From: Cyanophyceae cyanobacterium
GTDB lineage: Bacteria; Cyanobacteriota; Cyanobacteriia; Cyanobacteriales; JBHJGN01
DNA: 64,000 bases
Reading direction: 5' to 3'
Assembly (NCBI GenBank): GCA_050331735.1
Contig: JBHJGN010000008.1
Coordinates: 25,297-89,296 of the forward strand
Under the pieces are notes generated by a model. It was given only the letters and a program-made list of their open reading frames with translations, made no database searches and was not told where the DNA came from. Position numbers and translations under genes: made by a program. Positions 1 to 10,307 of the stretch are shown here, in pieces (the first letter of the stretch is position 1; every line of letters begins with the position of its first letter).

Positions 1-163
1 TGTTTTTGTCTAGAAGAACAGCATTGGAAACATGGAAGCAACAAATCAATCTACCTAAACATTTGTGGAAAAATTTTCTCCCGAATAAATTCAGATTGCT
101 CAAGTTGGGAACTAGAAATAAAGCCGATTGCAGTATACAGTTGAGTTATAGTAGACAAAAAGA

Positions 164-511
164 TTGATGGACATGACTAACAGCGAGAACATCTATCGTC
201 GCATCAATGACGTTGAGGCAGTAGTCGCGGCTAACGTTCAGGGAATAGAAGCTAACAGACAAGTCATTGAAAAATTAACCTCCGCTATTGCCGATTTAAA
301 AGATATCGCTAATACGTTAGTTAATTCCAAAGCTGATATAGAAGCATTAACGCAACAGGTAGCGCTCAGCCAAATTAACCTGAATGAAAATGTTATTCCT
401 CAGTTTGTCACTCGGATGGAAGAGATGCAGTCAGAAATTAGAGGATTACAGACTGAAAATCGCCGTATTATCGATCGAGTATTCGGAGAAAACGGCGAAC
501 AACCGCAGTGA
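164..511 (+). CDS. Hypothetical coiled-coil protein
   Basis: 115-aa ORF with heptad-like composition; C-terminal EIRGLQTENRRI segment resembles small cyanobacterial coiled-coil proteins. Confidence 0.6.
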   Translation: MMDMTNSENIYRRINDVEAVVAANVQGIEANRQVIEKLTSAIADLKDIANTLVNSKADIEALTQQVALSQINLNENVIPQFVTRMEEMQSEIRGLQTENRRIIDRVFGENGEQPQ

Positions 512-531
512 AAGTTCCCATTTGCTTTCTC

Positions 532-1158
532 CTACGCTTCATAAAGCCAAGCTTCCGTAAAAAAGTCACGTTCGCACTCAAGCGCGTAGCGATAGGTAGA
601 GCGAACCAACTCCGTTACTGTTGCGTAATCGTCGGCTAAATCCTCTAACTGTTGCGCTAAGGCTTCAAATTCTGTGCCGCTGTAGGTGCGAATCCAGTCA
701 GCATACTGGTGCTGAGGAATACCGGGCAAGGCGAGCTGCTGACCAAGATAGGCATAGAGACGCATACAGGGACTCATCGCGACAGCGGTTAACCCAACAT
801 CACTGCTCCACGCCGTGGAGAGCAGAAAATCTGTATAGCGACGAGTGGCGGGGGCGGGGTTAACGGCAGATAAATCGATGCCCCATTGCTCAGCATAGTC
901 GCCGTGAAAACGCAATTCTGCTAATACCCCATCGGCAAGATGATGAAATACGCTGAACCCACGCCAGTCAGGAGCTTTAGCCGCTGCAATACTGTAAGCA
1001 CGAGCAAACCCTTCTAAAAAGAAGGCATCTTGCCCAACATAGAAAGCAAAACGCCGTTTTGCTAACGTCCCGGAGGCAATTCCCTGGACAAATTCGTGTT
1101 CGAGACATTCCTGAACGATGTCTTGATGGTTTTGCCACAGATCTTCGCTGAGCGCCAT
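532..1158 (-). CDS. tenA: TenA/thiaminase II family protein
   Basis: HEFVQGIASGTL, FYVGQDAFFL, PCMRLY catalytic Cys, YADWIRTY, ERDFF motifs. Confidence 0.9.
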   Translation of the reverse strand: MALSEDLWQNHQDIVQECLEHEFVQGIASGTLAKRRFAFYVGQDAFFLEGFARAYSIAAAKAPDWRGFSVFHHLADGVLAELRFHGDYAEQWGIDLSAVNPAPATRRYTDFLLSTAWSSDVGLTAVAMSPCMRLYAYLGQQLALPGIPQHQYADWIRTYSGTEFEALAQQLEDLADDYATVTELVRSTYRYALECERDFFTEAWLYEA

Positions 1159-1323
1159 TGTTATTTTACTCTGTTGTAGATGCAGGCCAGACTGAAGAGA
1201 GGGCGATCGCTGGTCACCAAACAGTCAGGCACCACAGCTCATTTTAGCTTTATATACATATACTGAAGCGTACTGTTCTACAGCACTTTCGCTCGCAATT
1301 AATGACTTTAGAAGTAACAATTC

Positions 1324-2124
1324 TCAGGGAATCAGAAATCTCAGTAACAGCGGACCTAGACTTCCAATCAGCCGATCGAGTCCCAAACCCCCTTGCGGTT
1401 TCTTCTCCTGGTTGGCAGCTTGTCGGTACAGTTCTACCGCCTGAAGGAAATTTTGCGCGGCTTCATACCCTTCTGGGTTGTCTTGTTTTTCAAACAGTTG
1501 CGCCGCTATTTGAGCATCTTGAGTCGCTGCGGCTTCGTTGCCAAGGCGATAACGAGTTAATCCACGCCCTAAATAAGCAGGGGCAAAATCAGGATTAAGC
1601 GCTAAAGCCCGCTCAAAGTAGTCAATGGCAGCTTGGTAATTGCCACTCGCGGCTTCGTTCATCGCCCAGGTGTGAAACTGTTCAGGAGTGCCAGCATCAT
1701 TAGGTAATCCAACCACTCCCTCCAGATGAACCGCCGCTAAATCTACGCCCAGCAAATTAGCATTCATCAAATAAGCCTCTCTTAAATCGGCTCCTGCTAG
1801 ATTGGCCCCTCTTAAATCCGCTCCGCTCAAATTGGCTCCGTAGAGAGAAGCACTGCTCAAATTCGCCCCCCTCAAGTTCGCGCCACTAAGATTAGCTTGG
1901 CTCAAATTAGCTCCCACTAAATCAGCTCCCTCAAGATCGGCTCCCGCCAGATCAGATAGCACTAAACCAGCCCTGCTCAAATCGCACTGAACACACTGTC
2001 CAGTTGCCAACAGTCGGTTCAAATCATTAAGATCTTCTGCCGTACTAGGAGCCATAGCTGTCAAACTGAAGACGGTAGCGGCGGCGGATGCTCGAAATAT
2101 TGTTGCTAAGGGAAGCCGAATCAT
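1324..2124 (-). CDS. Pentapeptide-repeat protein with C-terminal TPR repeats and probable signal peptide
   Basis: CVQCDL followed by A(D/N)LxG repeats; TPR segment [23 protein letters not shown]. Confidence 0.9.
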   Translation of the reverse strand: MIRLPLATIFRASAAATVFSLTAMAPSTAEDLNDLNRLLATGQCVQCDLSRAGLVLSDLAGADLEGADLVGANLSQANLSGANLRGANLSSASLYGANLSGADLRGANLAGADLREAYLMNANLLGVDLAAVHLEGVVGLPNDAGTPEQFHTWAMNEAASGNYQAAIDYFERALALNPDFAPAYLGRGLTRYRLGNEAAATQDAQIAAQLFEKQDNPEGYEAAQNFLQAVELYRQAANQEKKPQGGLGLDRLIGSLGPLLLRFLIP

Positions 2125-2269
2125 ATTAATGGGGCTAGCGTTAGGTATAAATTGCTACTTTGCTGCTCACTTTATTGAGGTTTCCCAGATGTAGCCAAAA
2201 AAGCAACATCCCTAAAAAAACTAAGCTAGGATTTTTACGGGAACACCTCACCAATTCCAAATCTTTTCT

Positions 2270-3016
2270 ATGAATTTTTTCACATCCGTTGTTCACCTTT
2301 TGGGGTCAGGCGCGGTAGCGTATTTTACTGCTGCTAGTATCCGCGATCCCAAAACTCGCCCCAACACTTTAGCGGGGTTTCAACTTGCTGAATCTGGCTC
2401 GGTTCCTTTTCTGACGGCCTTGGCTGAGCGAGCCACCGCCGAAGGGGATACCTGGCTCGCCGAGAAACTGACTCGCCATGCGGCTGACGAACAGCGCCAC
2501 GGACAAATTTTTGCCCATGCTCTTAAGCAGCTTGGCAAACAAACGATCGACCCGAAAAGCCTATCCGACAAAAACGACAAGCCAGACAAGCGCAAACGCA
2601 GCCCCTTCTTCGAGGCTTTCTTTGAGGGGTATACCCAAGAGGAGCTTAAGCCAGAGCGGATCGACTGGGTTGTATTTATGGGCAGCACCTACATTCTAGA
2701 GCTAGATGCCTGTAAAGATTTTGTCCGCATGGCCAATGTGTTACCAGAAGACGAGCTACACAGCCGCCGTCTCAAAGAAGGCCTTCTTAGCGTTGCCCAA
2801 GACGAAACCAGACACGCTGCCTATCTTCACGAAGCTCTCCATCGCCGTTTATCGGCTGCTGAGGCTCAGGCCGTTATCGACGAGTGGCGCACTCGTAAAG
2901 TCAACGCCCTGCTGGCTATGGTTGGCAATCTAGCTCAAGGAAAAGGCAATCCCACTCTAGTCCGCGACGGTGCGCCGACAGAAGCTGAATCTGAACCAGA
3001 ACTAGCAGCCGCCTAG
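2270..3016 (+). CDS. Ferritin-like (di-iron carboxylate) domain protein
   Basis: Two ExxH motifs (DEQRH, DETRH) with upstream Glu residues in a helical protein. Confidence 0.75.
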   Translation: MNFFTSVVHLLGSGAVAYFTAASIRDPKTRPNTLAGFQLAESGSVPFLTALAERATAEGDTWLAEKLTRHAADEQRHGQIFAHALKQLGKQTIDPKSLSDKNDKPDKRKRSPFFEAFFEGYTQEELKPERIDWVVFMGSTYILELDACKDFVRMANVLPEDELHSRRLKEGLLSVAQDETRHAAYLHEALHRRLSAAEAQAVIDEWRTRKVNALLAMVGNLAQGKGNPTLVRDGAPTEAESEPELAAA

Positions 3017-3233
3017 CGCCTGCGGCGCGGGAAAAGGGGAAGCGCCACAGGCGCGGGGAAAAGGGCAAAGGGAAAGGGGGAAAGGGGGAATTAATCAGCG
3101 GATTTCTTAATTCTGTGTTTTTTCCCGTCCGGTCGGGACAAATTTCCCTTTCCCCGTTCCGATAGGAACTGTTTCCCCGTCGCGGAGCGACAGTTTTCCC
3201 TTGTCCCGTCGGGACAATTCCCCCTGGGAATTC
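3017..3233. repeat. Purine tract followed by pyrimidine tract, with embedded mini-hairpins
   Basis: GGGAAAA-type tracts with GCGCC-N3-GGCGC hairpins, then TTTCCCC tracts with GTCC/GGAC, GTTCC/GGAAC, GTCGC/GCGAC and GTCCC/GGGAC hairpins; related copies near 22240, 37690 and 43600. Confidence 0.85.
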
Positions 3234-3279
3234 TTTTTTCGACTAGAATTGAAACATTCCTTAATACTTGTGAGGACCG

Positions 3280-3546
3280 ATGGAAGCAAAAGTTGAAATT
3301 TATACTTGGAGTCGCTGCCCTTACTGTATTCGTGCTAAGTCACTGCTGAAGGAGAAGGGAGTAGATTACATTGAATACTGTATCGACGGAGATGAGGGAG
3401 CCAGAGAGCAAATGGCGACGAGAGCGCACGGGCGCAGGAGTCTTCCCCAAATTTTTATTGATGACGAACATATCGGTGGCTGTGACGATCTCTACGATTT
3501 AGAGTTTAGCGATCGCCTCGATCCGCTGCTGCAAAAAACGGCTTAG
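3280..3546 (+). CDS. grxC: Glutaredoxin 3
   Basis: CPYC active site, LPQIFI, GGCDD; upstream of gshB. Confidence 0.95.
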   Translation: MEAKVEIYTWSRCPYCIRAKSLLKEKGVDYIEYCIDGDEGAREQMATRAHGRRSLPQIFIDDEHIGGCDDLYDLEFSDRLDPLLQKTA

Positions 3547-3620
3547 CTGCTCCTGAATAGAGACGGAACGCGGTTTAATAGACAGTAGTGCCAGACAAGC
3601 GAAAGGAAGGTGGGTGACGC

Positions 3621-4595
3621 GTGAAGTTTGCATTTATCATTGATCCTCTACCCAAACTCGACCCAGCCCACGACACCAGCGTTGCCATCATGGAGGCAGC
3701 CCAAGCCCTCGGACATGAGGTGTGGGTGACTCAGGCTCATCAACTCAGTGCAATCGCCACAGGAGTGCAGGCTGTGCTGCAGCAGGTGCAGCTTAAGGGA
3801 GTAGAGCTAGTAGAGGGACGATGGATTGTTGATGAGCTATGGTATCAAGCATCCGAGCCAGTGCATCGCTTGCTTGGAGAGATGGATGCGGTATTCATGC
3901 GAACCGACCCACCCGTAACGATTCCTTACCTCTATGCCACGTATATTTTAGATTTAATTAGCCAAGAAACGCTGGTGGTGAATTCTCCTCACGGATTGCG
4001 CACCGCCAATGAGAAAATGTATGCTCTTCAGTTTCAGTCGGTGATTCCCGAAACGATTGTGAGCCAGAATAAGCAAGTCATTCGGGAGTTTGTCGAGCGA
4101 CAAGGAGCTGGCGTCATTAAGCCGCTGGGAGGAAAAGCCGGAGAAGGCATTCTGCTGGTAGAAGCAGGCGATCGCAACTTTAATTCTTTGATCGAAATTA
4201 GCACGAAACAGGGACGGGAACCCGTAATGGTGCAAACCTTCCTCCCCGCCGCCAAAGAAGGTGATAAACGAGTCATTCTGCTCGATGGCGAACCCATCGG
4301 AGCCGTCAATCGGATTCCAACCGGAAGCGAGTTTCGGGGAAACATGGCGGTGGGAGGAGTTGCGGCTAAGGTAGACATTACTCCCCGAGACCGGGAAATT
4401 TGCCAAATTGTCGCCCCCAAGCTGCGCGAGGATGGGCTCTATTTTACGGGCATCGACATCATTGGTGGTTATCTGACAGAAGTCAACGTCACCAGCCCCA
4501 CTGGTATCCGAGAAATTGACCGCTTTAACAATACTCGTTTGGGAAAACAAGTCGTTGAGTGGGCCGAAAAAACGGTTTCTAGCCGCGTTCGTTAA
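3621..4595 (+). CDS. gshB: Glutathione synthetase
   Basis: MRTDPP, NEKMY, GDKR, FRGNMAVGG, EVNVTSPTG. Confidence 0.97.
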   Translation: MKFAFIIDPLPKLDPAHDTSVAIMEAAQALGHEVWVTQAHQLSAIATGVQAVLQQVQLKGVELVEGRWIVDELWYQASEPVHRLLGEMDAVFMRTDPPVTIPYLYATYILDLISQETLVVNSPHGLRTANEKMYALQFQSVIPETIVSQNKQVIREFVERQGAGVIKPLGGKAGEGILLVEAGDRNFNSLIEISTKQGREPVMVQTFLPAAKEGDKRVILLDGEPIGAVNRIPTGSEFRGNMAVGGVAAKVDITPRDREICQIVAPKLREDGLYFTGIDIIGGYLTEVNVTSPTGIREIDRFNNTRLGKQVVEWAEKTVSSRVR

Positions 4596-4790
4596 GTTCA
4601 GCTTAAACGCAGTCTCTTAAGATCAGAACCATTTAAAGAGATATCATCGGACAGCGAGTTTAAGGCGATAGTTAGTGGTAAACCTCTTTATTGATGTTGA
4701 TAACGACTAACCACTAACTTACGCTCTTCCCTCTCGGATTGGGTCTAATGAGGCGAATTCGAGCTAACGTTCTACCGTTTTCCCATCTGG

Positions 4791-7058
4791 CTAGCTATCC
4801 GCTTCGCTGACTCGACGAACATTTAAGACATCGCTCATATTTTTGATTTGGTTGAGGCTGCGCTCAAGCTGTTGACAATCGCGGATATCAATACTTAAAG
4901 AAATGAGAGCGGGTCTACCCGTGCTGGTTTTGACCCCGGCATTACGCACGTTGATGTTGTGATCGCTTAAGCGGGCCAAAATATCTCGGAGAACGCCAAC
5001 GCGGTCAAGCACCTCAATCTGAATATCGACCGTGTAGGTTTGTCGCCCGTTAGATTCTACGGGATTCCAGCTCACCGGAATTAACCGTTCCCCCGGTATA
5101 TCCTCTACGTTAGAGCAATTCTGGTGATGAATCGAAATTCCCCGAGAGCTTTGGGTGACAATGCCGATAATTGGTTCGCCAGGAACCGGTTTACAGCAGC
5201 CAGCAATGTAGTAGAGCAGTCCTTCCACTCCAGCAATGGGAGATTTGCTTTGAGAAGTGGAGCGCTCTTGCAGTAGTGCCGACTCAGAGCGACTGCGATC
5301 GCTTCCAGAAGGTTTTTGAGGCTGCGGCTCCGGAGATAGTTCGGCGGTTGGCTGCTGAACTTGGATAGCTTCTCGTAGACGGTTAAGAACCTGATTGAGA
5401 GTCACTTCTCCATATCCCAGTGCCGCCAATAAATCTTCCACTCGCTGATAGTTGCATCGCTGAGCCACAGACTGCATCGGGTCTGACTTCAGCAGCGCCT
5501 CTAAGCCACTTTTGCCCAACTCTTTTTCCAGCAGTTCGCGTCCGCGAGCCACATTCTCTTCCCGATGCGATCGCTTGTACCACTGGCGAATCCGGTTTCG
5601 GGCTGTCGGCGTCACCACAAAGTTAAGCCAGTCTAGGCTCGGATGACAGTTCTTTTGAGTAATAATTTCGACAATATCGCCGTTCTCCAACGGCTGATCT
5701 AACACAGTCCAGCGACCGTTGACTCTCGCTCCTTTCATGTGGTTGCCCACTTCGGTATGAATGCGATAGGCAAAATCCACCGGAGTCGCGCCTCTCGCTA
5801 AGGCTACCACGTCTCCTTGAGGCGTGAACACATAAACGTCATCCTCAAAGAGATTGTCTTTAAGGCTATCGATGTACTCTTGAGCATCCTTGAGGTCTTT
5901 TTGCCACTCTAGAAGCTGACGCAGCCAGGTAAATTTTTCATCCTCGGACGTCAGTTGCGTACTGCTACTGCTGGTTTCTTTGTATTTCCAGTGGGCGGCA
6001 ATGCCGTATTCGGCAATATGATGCATTTCCAGAGTCCGAATTTGCACCTCCAAAGGACGACCGTTGAGGCCGATAACCGTCGTATGCAGCGATTGATAGC
6101 GATTCGGTTTGGGGAGGCCAATGTAGTCCTTAAACCGTCCTGGGATTGGTCTAAACGCATCGTGAACAACCGCGAGGGCGCGATAGCACTCGTCTTTCTT
6201 CTCGACGATAATGCGGAGAGCAGCAATGTCAAAAATTTCCCCGAATTCCTTCTGTTGCCGTGCCATCTTTTGATAAATGCCATAAAGATGCTTCGGACGC
6301 CCCTTCAACTCAAACACCTTGATTCCTAAAGCTTCCAGGCGATCGCGCACCATTTTGTTAACCTTGTCAATTCTCGCCTCGCGATCGCTGCGCCGTTCAG
6401 CCACCAGTTCTTGGATCTCTCGATAGGCATCTGGCTCTAGGTATTTAAAGCACAGATCCTCCAGTTCCCACTTAAATCGTCCAATCCCCAGCCGATTTGC
6501 TAAAGGAGCAAAAATTTCTCTCGTTTCCCGAGCAATGCGCTGCTGTTTCTCTGGGCTGAGATGCTCAAGCGTCCGCATGTTATGAAGCCTATCGGCAAGC
6601 TTAACTACGATCACGCGGATATCTTGGGCCATCGCCACAAACATGCGGCGAAAATTTTCGGCTTGCCGCTCCGTTTTACTCGAGAAATTGAACTTTGAAA
6701 GCTTAGTCACGCCTTCGACTAGCTGACGAACCTGAACCCCAAAGCGTTCCTCGATTTCCTCAGGAGTCACATCGGTATCTTCAACCACGTCGTGTAGAAA
6801 ACCAGCGGCAATCATGGCGTGATCGCCTCCTAGATCTCTCAGTAACCCAGCAACAGCGATAGGATGGGCAATATAGGGTTCGCCGGATTTACGAGACTGA
6901 CCTTCGTGAAGCTCGTAGGCAAACTGAAAAGCGCGACAAATTAAATCAGCCTCTTCATCTGACGTATCGCCGTTAGCTTGATGAGTTAAGCATTCCTGAA
7001 GCCAGCGGGGAAGCTGAACGGGCGGTTGAGATTGGGTGGTTAGGGCGATCGCGTACAT
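4791..7058 (-). CDS. spoT: Bifunctional (p)ppGpp synthetase/hydrolase (RelA/SpoT homologue)
   Basis: HD domain (HDVVEDT), synthetase (KPNRYQSLHT, EVQIRT), TGS (TPVDFAY), ZFD (CCKPVPG) and ACT domains. Confidence 0.96.
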   Translation of the reverse strand: MYAIALTTQSQPPVQLPRWLQECLTHQANGDTSDEEADLICRAFQFAYELHEGQSRKSGEPYIAHPIAVAGLLRDLGGDHAMIAAGFLHDVVEDTDVTPEEIEERFGVQVRQLVEGVTKLSKFNFSSKTERQAENFRRMFVAMAQDIRVIVVKLADRLHNMRTLEHLSPEKQQRIARETREIFAPLANRLGIGRFKWELEDLCFKYLEPDAYREIQELVAERRSDREARIDKVNKMVRDRLEALGIKVFELKGRPKHLYGIYQKMARQQKEFGEIFDIAALRIIVEKKDECYRALAVVHDAFRPIPGRFKDYIGLPKPNRYQSLHTTVIGLNGRPLEVQIRTLEMHHIAEYGIAAHWKYKETSSSSTQLTSEDEKFTWLRQLLEWQKDLKDAQEYIDSLKDNLFEDDVYVFTPQGDVVALARGATPVDFAYRIHTEVGNHMKGARVNGRWTVLDQPLENGDIVEIITQKNCHPSLDWLNFVVTPTARNRIRQWYKRSHREENVARGRELLEKELGKSGLEALLKSDPMQSVAQRCNYQRVEDLLAALGYGEVTLNQVLNRLREAIQVQQPTAELSPEPQPQKPSGSDRSRSESALLQERSTSQSKSPIAGVEGLLYYIAGCCKPVPGEPIIGIVTQSSRGISIHHQNCSNVEDIPGERLIPVSWNPVESNGRQTYTVDIQIEVLDRVGVLRDILARLSDHNINVRNAGVKTSTGRPALISLSIDIRDCQQLERSLNQIKNMSDVLNVRRVSEADS

Positions 7059-7308
7059 AAATCAGCGGCTGGATGAATGAGGGTGGAGGTTGACAAAGGA
7101 AACAATCTTAACTGAGAAGATAATGCTGCTAACCGACAAACAAGCGGTATTGCACTGATGAGCGTAAAACTGGAGCGATGGTCAATGTGATCAGGAAGTC
7201 GCCCGCGGATATCCAAGATACTTTAAAAAAAAAGCGCCCTTTAGCTCAGCTAAAGTGACAATTAAATAGCAATATTATTATCAAAATTTTAGCTTAAGCT
7301 GCCGCATA

Positions 7309-7668
7309 ATGTTGCCTAAAACACATATCCAGGTCTACCAGGAGCTACTGTCTGTCCTCCTTACCATGCGGGATCGCTCTACTGACGTTCATCCTGACGC
7401 TGACGCTTTGCAGAAAAATTATTTGAGAGTACAGCAAGTTTTTCAACAAGCAATGAGTTTAAACAGCGATCAGCTCAATTCAGATACGGCTTTCCTGTGG
7501 CAATCGGTTCAAACGGAAATCTATCGAGCTCTCCGGCTGCTAGAGACGGATTTGCTGTTTCTACGCTCCTCAAAACAAGCTGCTACTGTAGAACAGCGCC
7601 TGACCAATATCCAAAACCGCATTGAGAAAGTAATCGGTTACTGTCAAGCCATCGTCAATGAACAGTAA
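7309..7668 (+). CDS. patD: PatD family protein
   Basis: WQSVQTEIYRALRLLETDLLFLRSS and C-terminal IGYC; divergent from relA/spoT. Confidence 0.8.
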   Translation: MLPKTHIQVYQELLSVLLTMRDRSTDVHPDADALQKNYLRVQQVFQQAMSLNSDQLNSDTAFLWQSVQTEIYRALRLLETDLLFLRSSKQAATVEQRLTNIQNRIEKVIGYCQAIVNEQ

Positions 7669-7729
7669 GCAATCGACAATACTAATGAGTTAACTCGGTC
7701 ACTAATCTTTGATAATTGATAACTGAATC

Positions 7730-8770
7730 ATGACGAGAGCGATTATTTGCGGGTACTACGGTCAAGGAAATGGGGGAGATGAAGCGCTGCTGGTGTCGCT
7801 GCTTCAGATGTTGCCGCAGTCAATCGAACCAATCGTGCTTTCGGGAAATCCTGCTGAAACCCTCAGCCACTATGGAGTGGAAAGCTGCGAACACCGCTCG
7901 GCGTTTCCGATTTTAAGAGCATTGAACCAGTCCGATTATTTTATCTGGGGCGGCGGTAGCCTGATGCAGGACGTGACCAGCTTTGCTAGCCCTTTCTACT
8001 ACGCGGGGTTAATGGCGCTGGCGCAACAGCGAGGACTAAAAACGATTGCCTGGGCCCAAGGGATTGGTCCCCTGAAGCGAGCGCTCACTCGTACCATGAC
8101 AAAACGAGCGCTCTCTGGCTGTGCGGCAGTCAGCGTCCGCGATCACGCTTCGGCTCAACTGGTAGCGGATTGGCAAATTCCCTTTGTGCTGGCTCCCGAT
8201 CCGGTTTGGGCCTTATCTCCCGAGCCAGTTCAAGGAATTTGGGATTTACCAGCACCGAGAGTGGCGGTAACGCTGCGATCGCATCCGCTGTTAACCCCAC
8301 AACGACTTTCCATCCTGACTCAGGCGATCGCCGACTTTCAAAAGGCCACTCAAACCGGGATTTTGCTCGTTCCCTTTCAGCCTGCTCAAGATGAGGCGAT
8401 CGCCTCTGCGGTAGCCTCTCAGCTTCCGGGGCCTCATCGGATTGTCTCCTTCACCGATCCCCGACAACTCAAAGGCCTGTTCCAAGGAGTAGAAATGGCC
8501 ATCGGGATGAGATTCCATAGCTTAATTATGGCGGCTGCCCAAGAATGTCGCTGTTTTGCTCTGAGCTACGATCCGAAGGTCACTCAGTTAATGAAAGAAC
8601 TCGATTTGCCGGGGTGGGAACTAGAGGCGTTGCCGGATGAGGCCAACCAAATCAGTACAGCTTGGCTGCAACACTACGCCAACGGCGATTCGCTAGCGGC
8701 GGCTCAAGTCCAGTCCCTCGTTGACCGCGCCTTGATGCATCAAGAACTCTTAATGAAAATTTGTAATTAG
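7730..8770 (+). CDS. csaB: Polysaccharide pyruvyl transferase
   Basis: GYYGQGNGGDEA, GGGSLMQDVTS, AQGIGP, SVRD, GMRFH, SYDPK. Confidence 0.93.
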   Translation: MTRAIICGYYGQGNGGDEALLVSLLQMLPQSIEPIVLSGNPAETLSHYGVESCEHRSAFPILRALNQSDYFIWGGGSLMQDVTSFASPFYYAGLMALAQQRGLKTIAWAQGIGPLKRALTRTMTKRALSGCAAVSVRDHASAQLVADWQIPFVLAPDPVWALSPEPVQGIWDLPAPRVAVTLRSHPLLTPQRLSILTQAIADFQKATQTGILLVPFQPAQDEAIASAVASQLPGPHRIVSFTDPRQLKGLFQGVEMAIGMRFHSLIMAAAQECRCFALSYDPKVTQLMKELDLPGWELEALPDEANQISTAWLQHYANGDSLAAAQVQSLVDRALMHQELLMKICN

Positions 8771-8876
8771 CCATTTGTTTGTCCTGTTTGGCCTGAAATT
8801 GAATTTTGTTTGCTAGTCCCTTGACGACTGTATTTTAATCTCTACACTGGATCTCTAGCGACTGACAACACACTGA

Positions 8877-9911
8877 ATGCCAGATACTTTTGCGATGAAT
8901 ACAGATTGGGCGAAGATAGCGTATGAGCTACGTCAGCAAAATCGAGAGCTAACCAAAATGGTGATTCAGCTCGAACAGACTCTAGCAGAATCTCAGGAAA
9001 AGTTACAAGCCTATGTACAGCAGTCTTTAAGTCAAGCCATCTCCACGGCCCAACCAGCAGAAACGGACATTCAGCAACAGATCGCTCATCTTTTCCAAGA
9101 AATTTCCGCCTCCTATCAAGTCGTTCAGCACCAACAAATTATTGCCAAGCTGACAAAACAGCTAGAGACGAGTCAAGCCAGAGTCGCTCAGCTAGAAAGA
9201 GACTGTGCATTGCTTCAAGAAAACTATAACGAGCAGCATCATCAGCTCCTGACCACGACTGAACAAGCCCAAGCACTACGGCATAGCCTTCAGCGCCAGG
9301 AGCACTGTACTCTCGCCTACAAAGAGGCTCTTAGCCAGCGTTCGAGCGTGACGGAGCGGCTAACCAGGCCGTTGATGCCTGCTAACCATCGAGAATCATC
9401 AGGCTGTTGCCAACTACTAGAGACGCTCGCTAGAGAATCCGCCTCAGAAATCGTTGGGCGACCGCTCACTATTTTGCCCTGGTCAGAACGCGAGAAGCTC
9501 AACAGTAATCGGTTCACGCCTCAATCTCCTGGAGAGCCAGCGCTTCCTGGTAAATTACCGCCGATTGCTCAGACCAAGGAGCAAGCAACTGCTGTAGCAG
9601 TGCAGACAACAAACCGTTCAGCAGCTTCTCCCAGTTCCACCGGAGAAGGCAGCAGCTCTAAAGCCAGTTTACAGTCCAGTCCTCCTTCAGAAAAACTGCC
9701 TTTACGCGGAGCGTCTCCGCTAGCGCAGCCCCCCCGGAGGAAGCAGGAGTTGAAGACTACAGCACCAAGTCACGGCGGTTTTGAGTCAGCTCACTGTCAT
9801 TCCCTACGACCGCTCAGAGTAGCGACAACCAAGCCAAATACCGTGCCGAGCTACCTTCTCCGCTCGACCAAGAAAAAAACGAGGACGGTAGAGTTGCCTA
9901 AGTTTGTTTAA
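8877..9911 (+). CDS. Hypothetical protein with N-terminal coiled coil and low-complexity tail
   Basis: 344-aa ORF; Q/E/L-rich heptads then Ser/Pro-rich tail. Confidence 0.7.
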   Translation: MPDTFAMNTDWAKIAYELRQQNRELTKMVIQLEQTLAESQEKLQAYVQQSLSQAISTAQPAETDIQQQIAHLFQEISASYQVVQHQQIIAKLTKQLETSQARVAQLERDCALLQENYNEQHHQLLTTTEQAQALRHSLQRQEHCTLAYKEALSQRSSVTERLTRPLMPANHRESSGCCQLLETLARESASEIVGRPLTILPWSEREKLNSNRFTPQSPGEPALPGKLPPIAQTKEQATAVAVQTTNRSAASPSSTGEGSSSKASLQSSPPSEKLPLRGASPLAQPPRRKQELKTTAPSHGGFESAHCHSLRPLRVATTKPNTVPSYLLRSTKKKTRTVELPKFV

Positions 9912-10052
9912 CTGTCTGTCTAGACGGAACAGAGCTAAATCTCGGTTGGGGCAAACTACCAGCAAAGCGTCCCCGCGCCGCGCCGCAGCGGGAAATGACT
10001 GACCAGAGGAGAGCCCTGGAACTAAGTCGCGGTGCTTCAAGCCAGCTCAAAG

Positions 10053-10262
10053 CTACTGCTCTGGCGCAGCATCTGATTCTAGATTCGCTTCGCGCGGAAG
10101 CTTTTGAAGCAAATCGCCTATTCTTCTGAGCGGTCTGGTAATATCGCTGTTAGGGACATTTTTGATGCTGTTAGCTAATTCCTGAAGCTGCTCTTTCATC
10201 TCCTGAAGGCGCTCTGCTGCTTCATTGCTCGTTGAATTGGGAAGAAACCGCCGAATACTCAA
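10053..10262 (-). CDS. Small hypothetical protein (start uncertain)
   Basis: 69-aa helical ORF directly downstream of the Yfr2-like RNA. Confidence 0.4.
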   Translation of the reverse strand: MSIRRFLPNSTSNEAAERLQEMKEQLQELANSIKNVPNSDITRPLRRIGDLLQKLPREANLESDAAPEQ

Positions 10263-10307
10263 AATCCTGACTCATAAGCTAATCACGCTAGAGAAAGACA
10301 ACGGAAC

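Noticed and set aside
7309..7668. patD as evidence of a heterocyst-forming organism
   Set aside because: PatD homologues also occur in non-heterocystous cyanobacteria
7656..7728. Degenerate heptamer repeats between patD and csaB
   Set aside because: Ordinary cyanobacterial STRR-like intergenic repeats with no added structure
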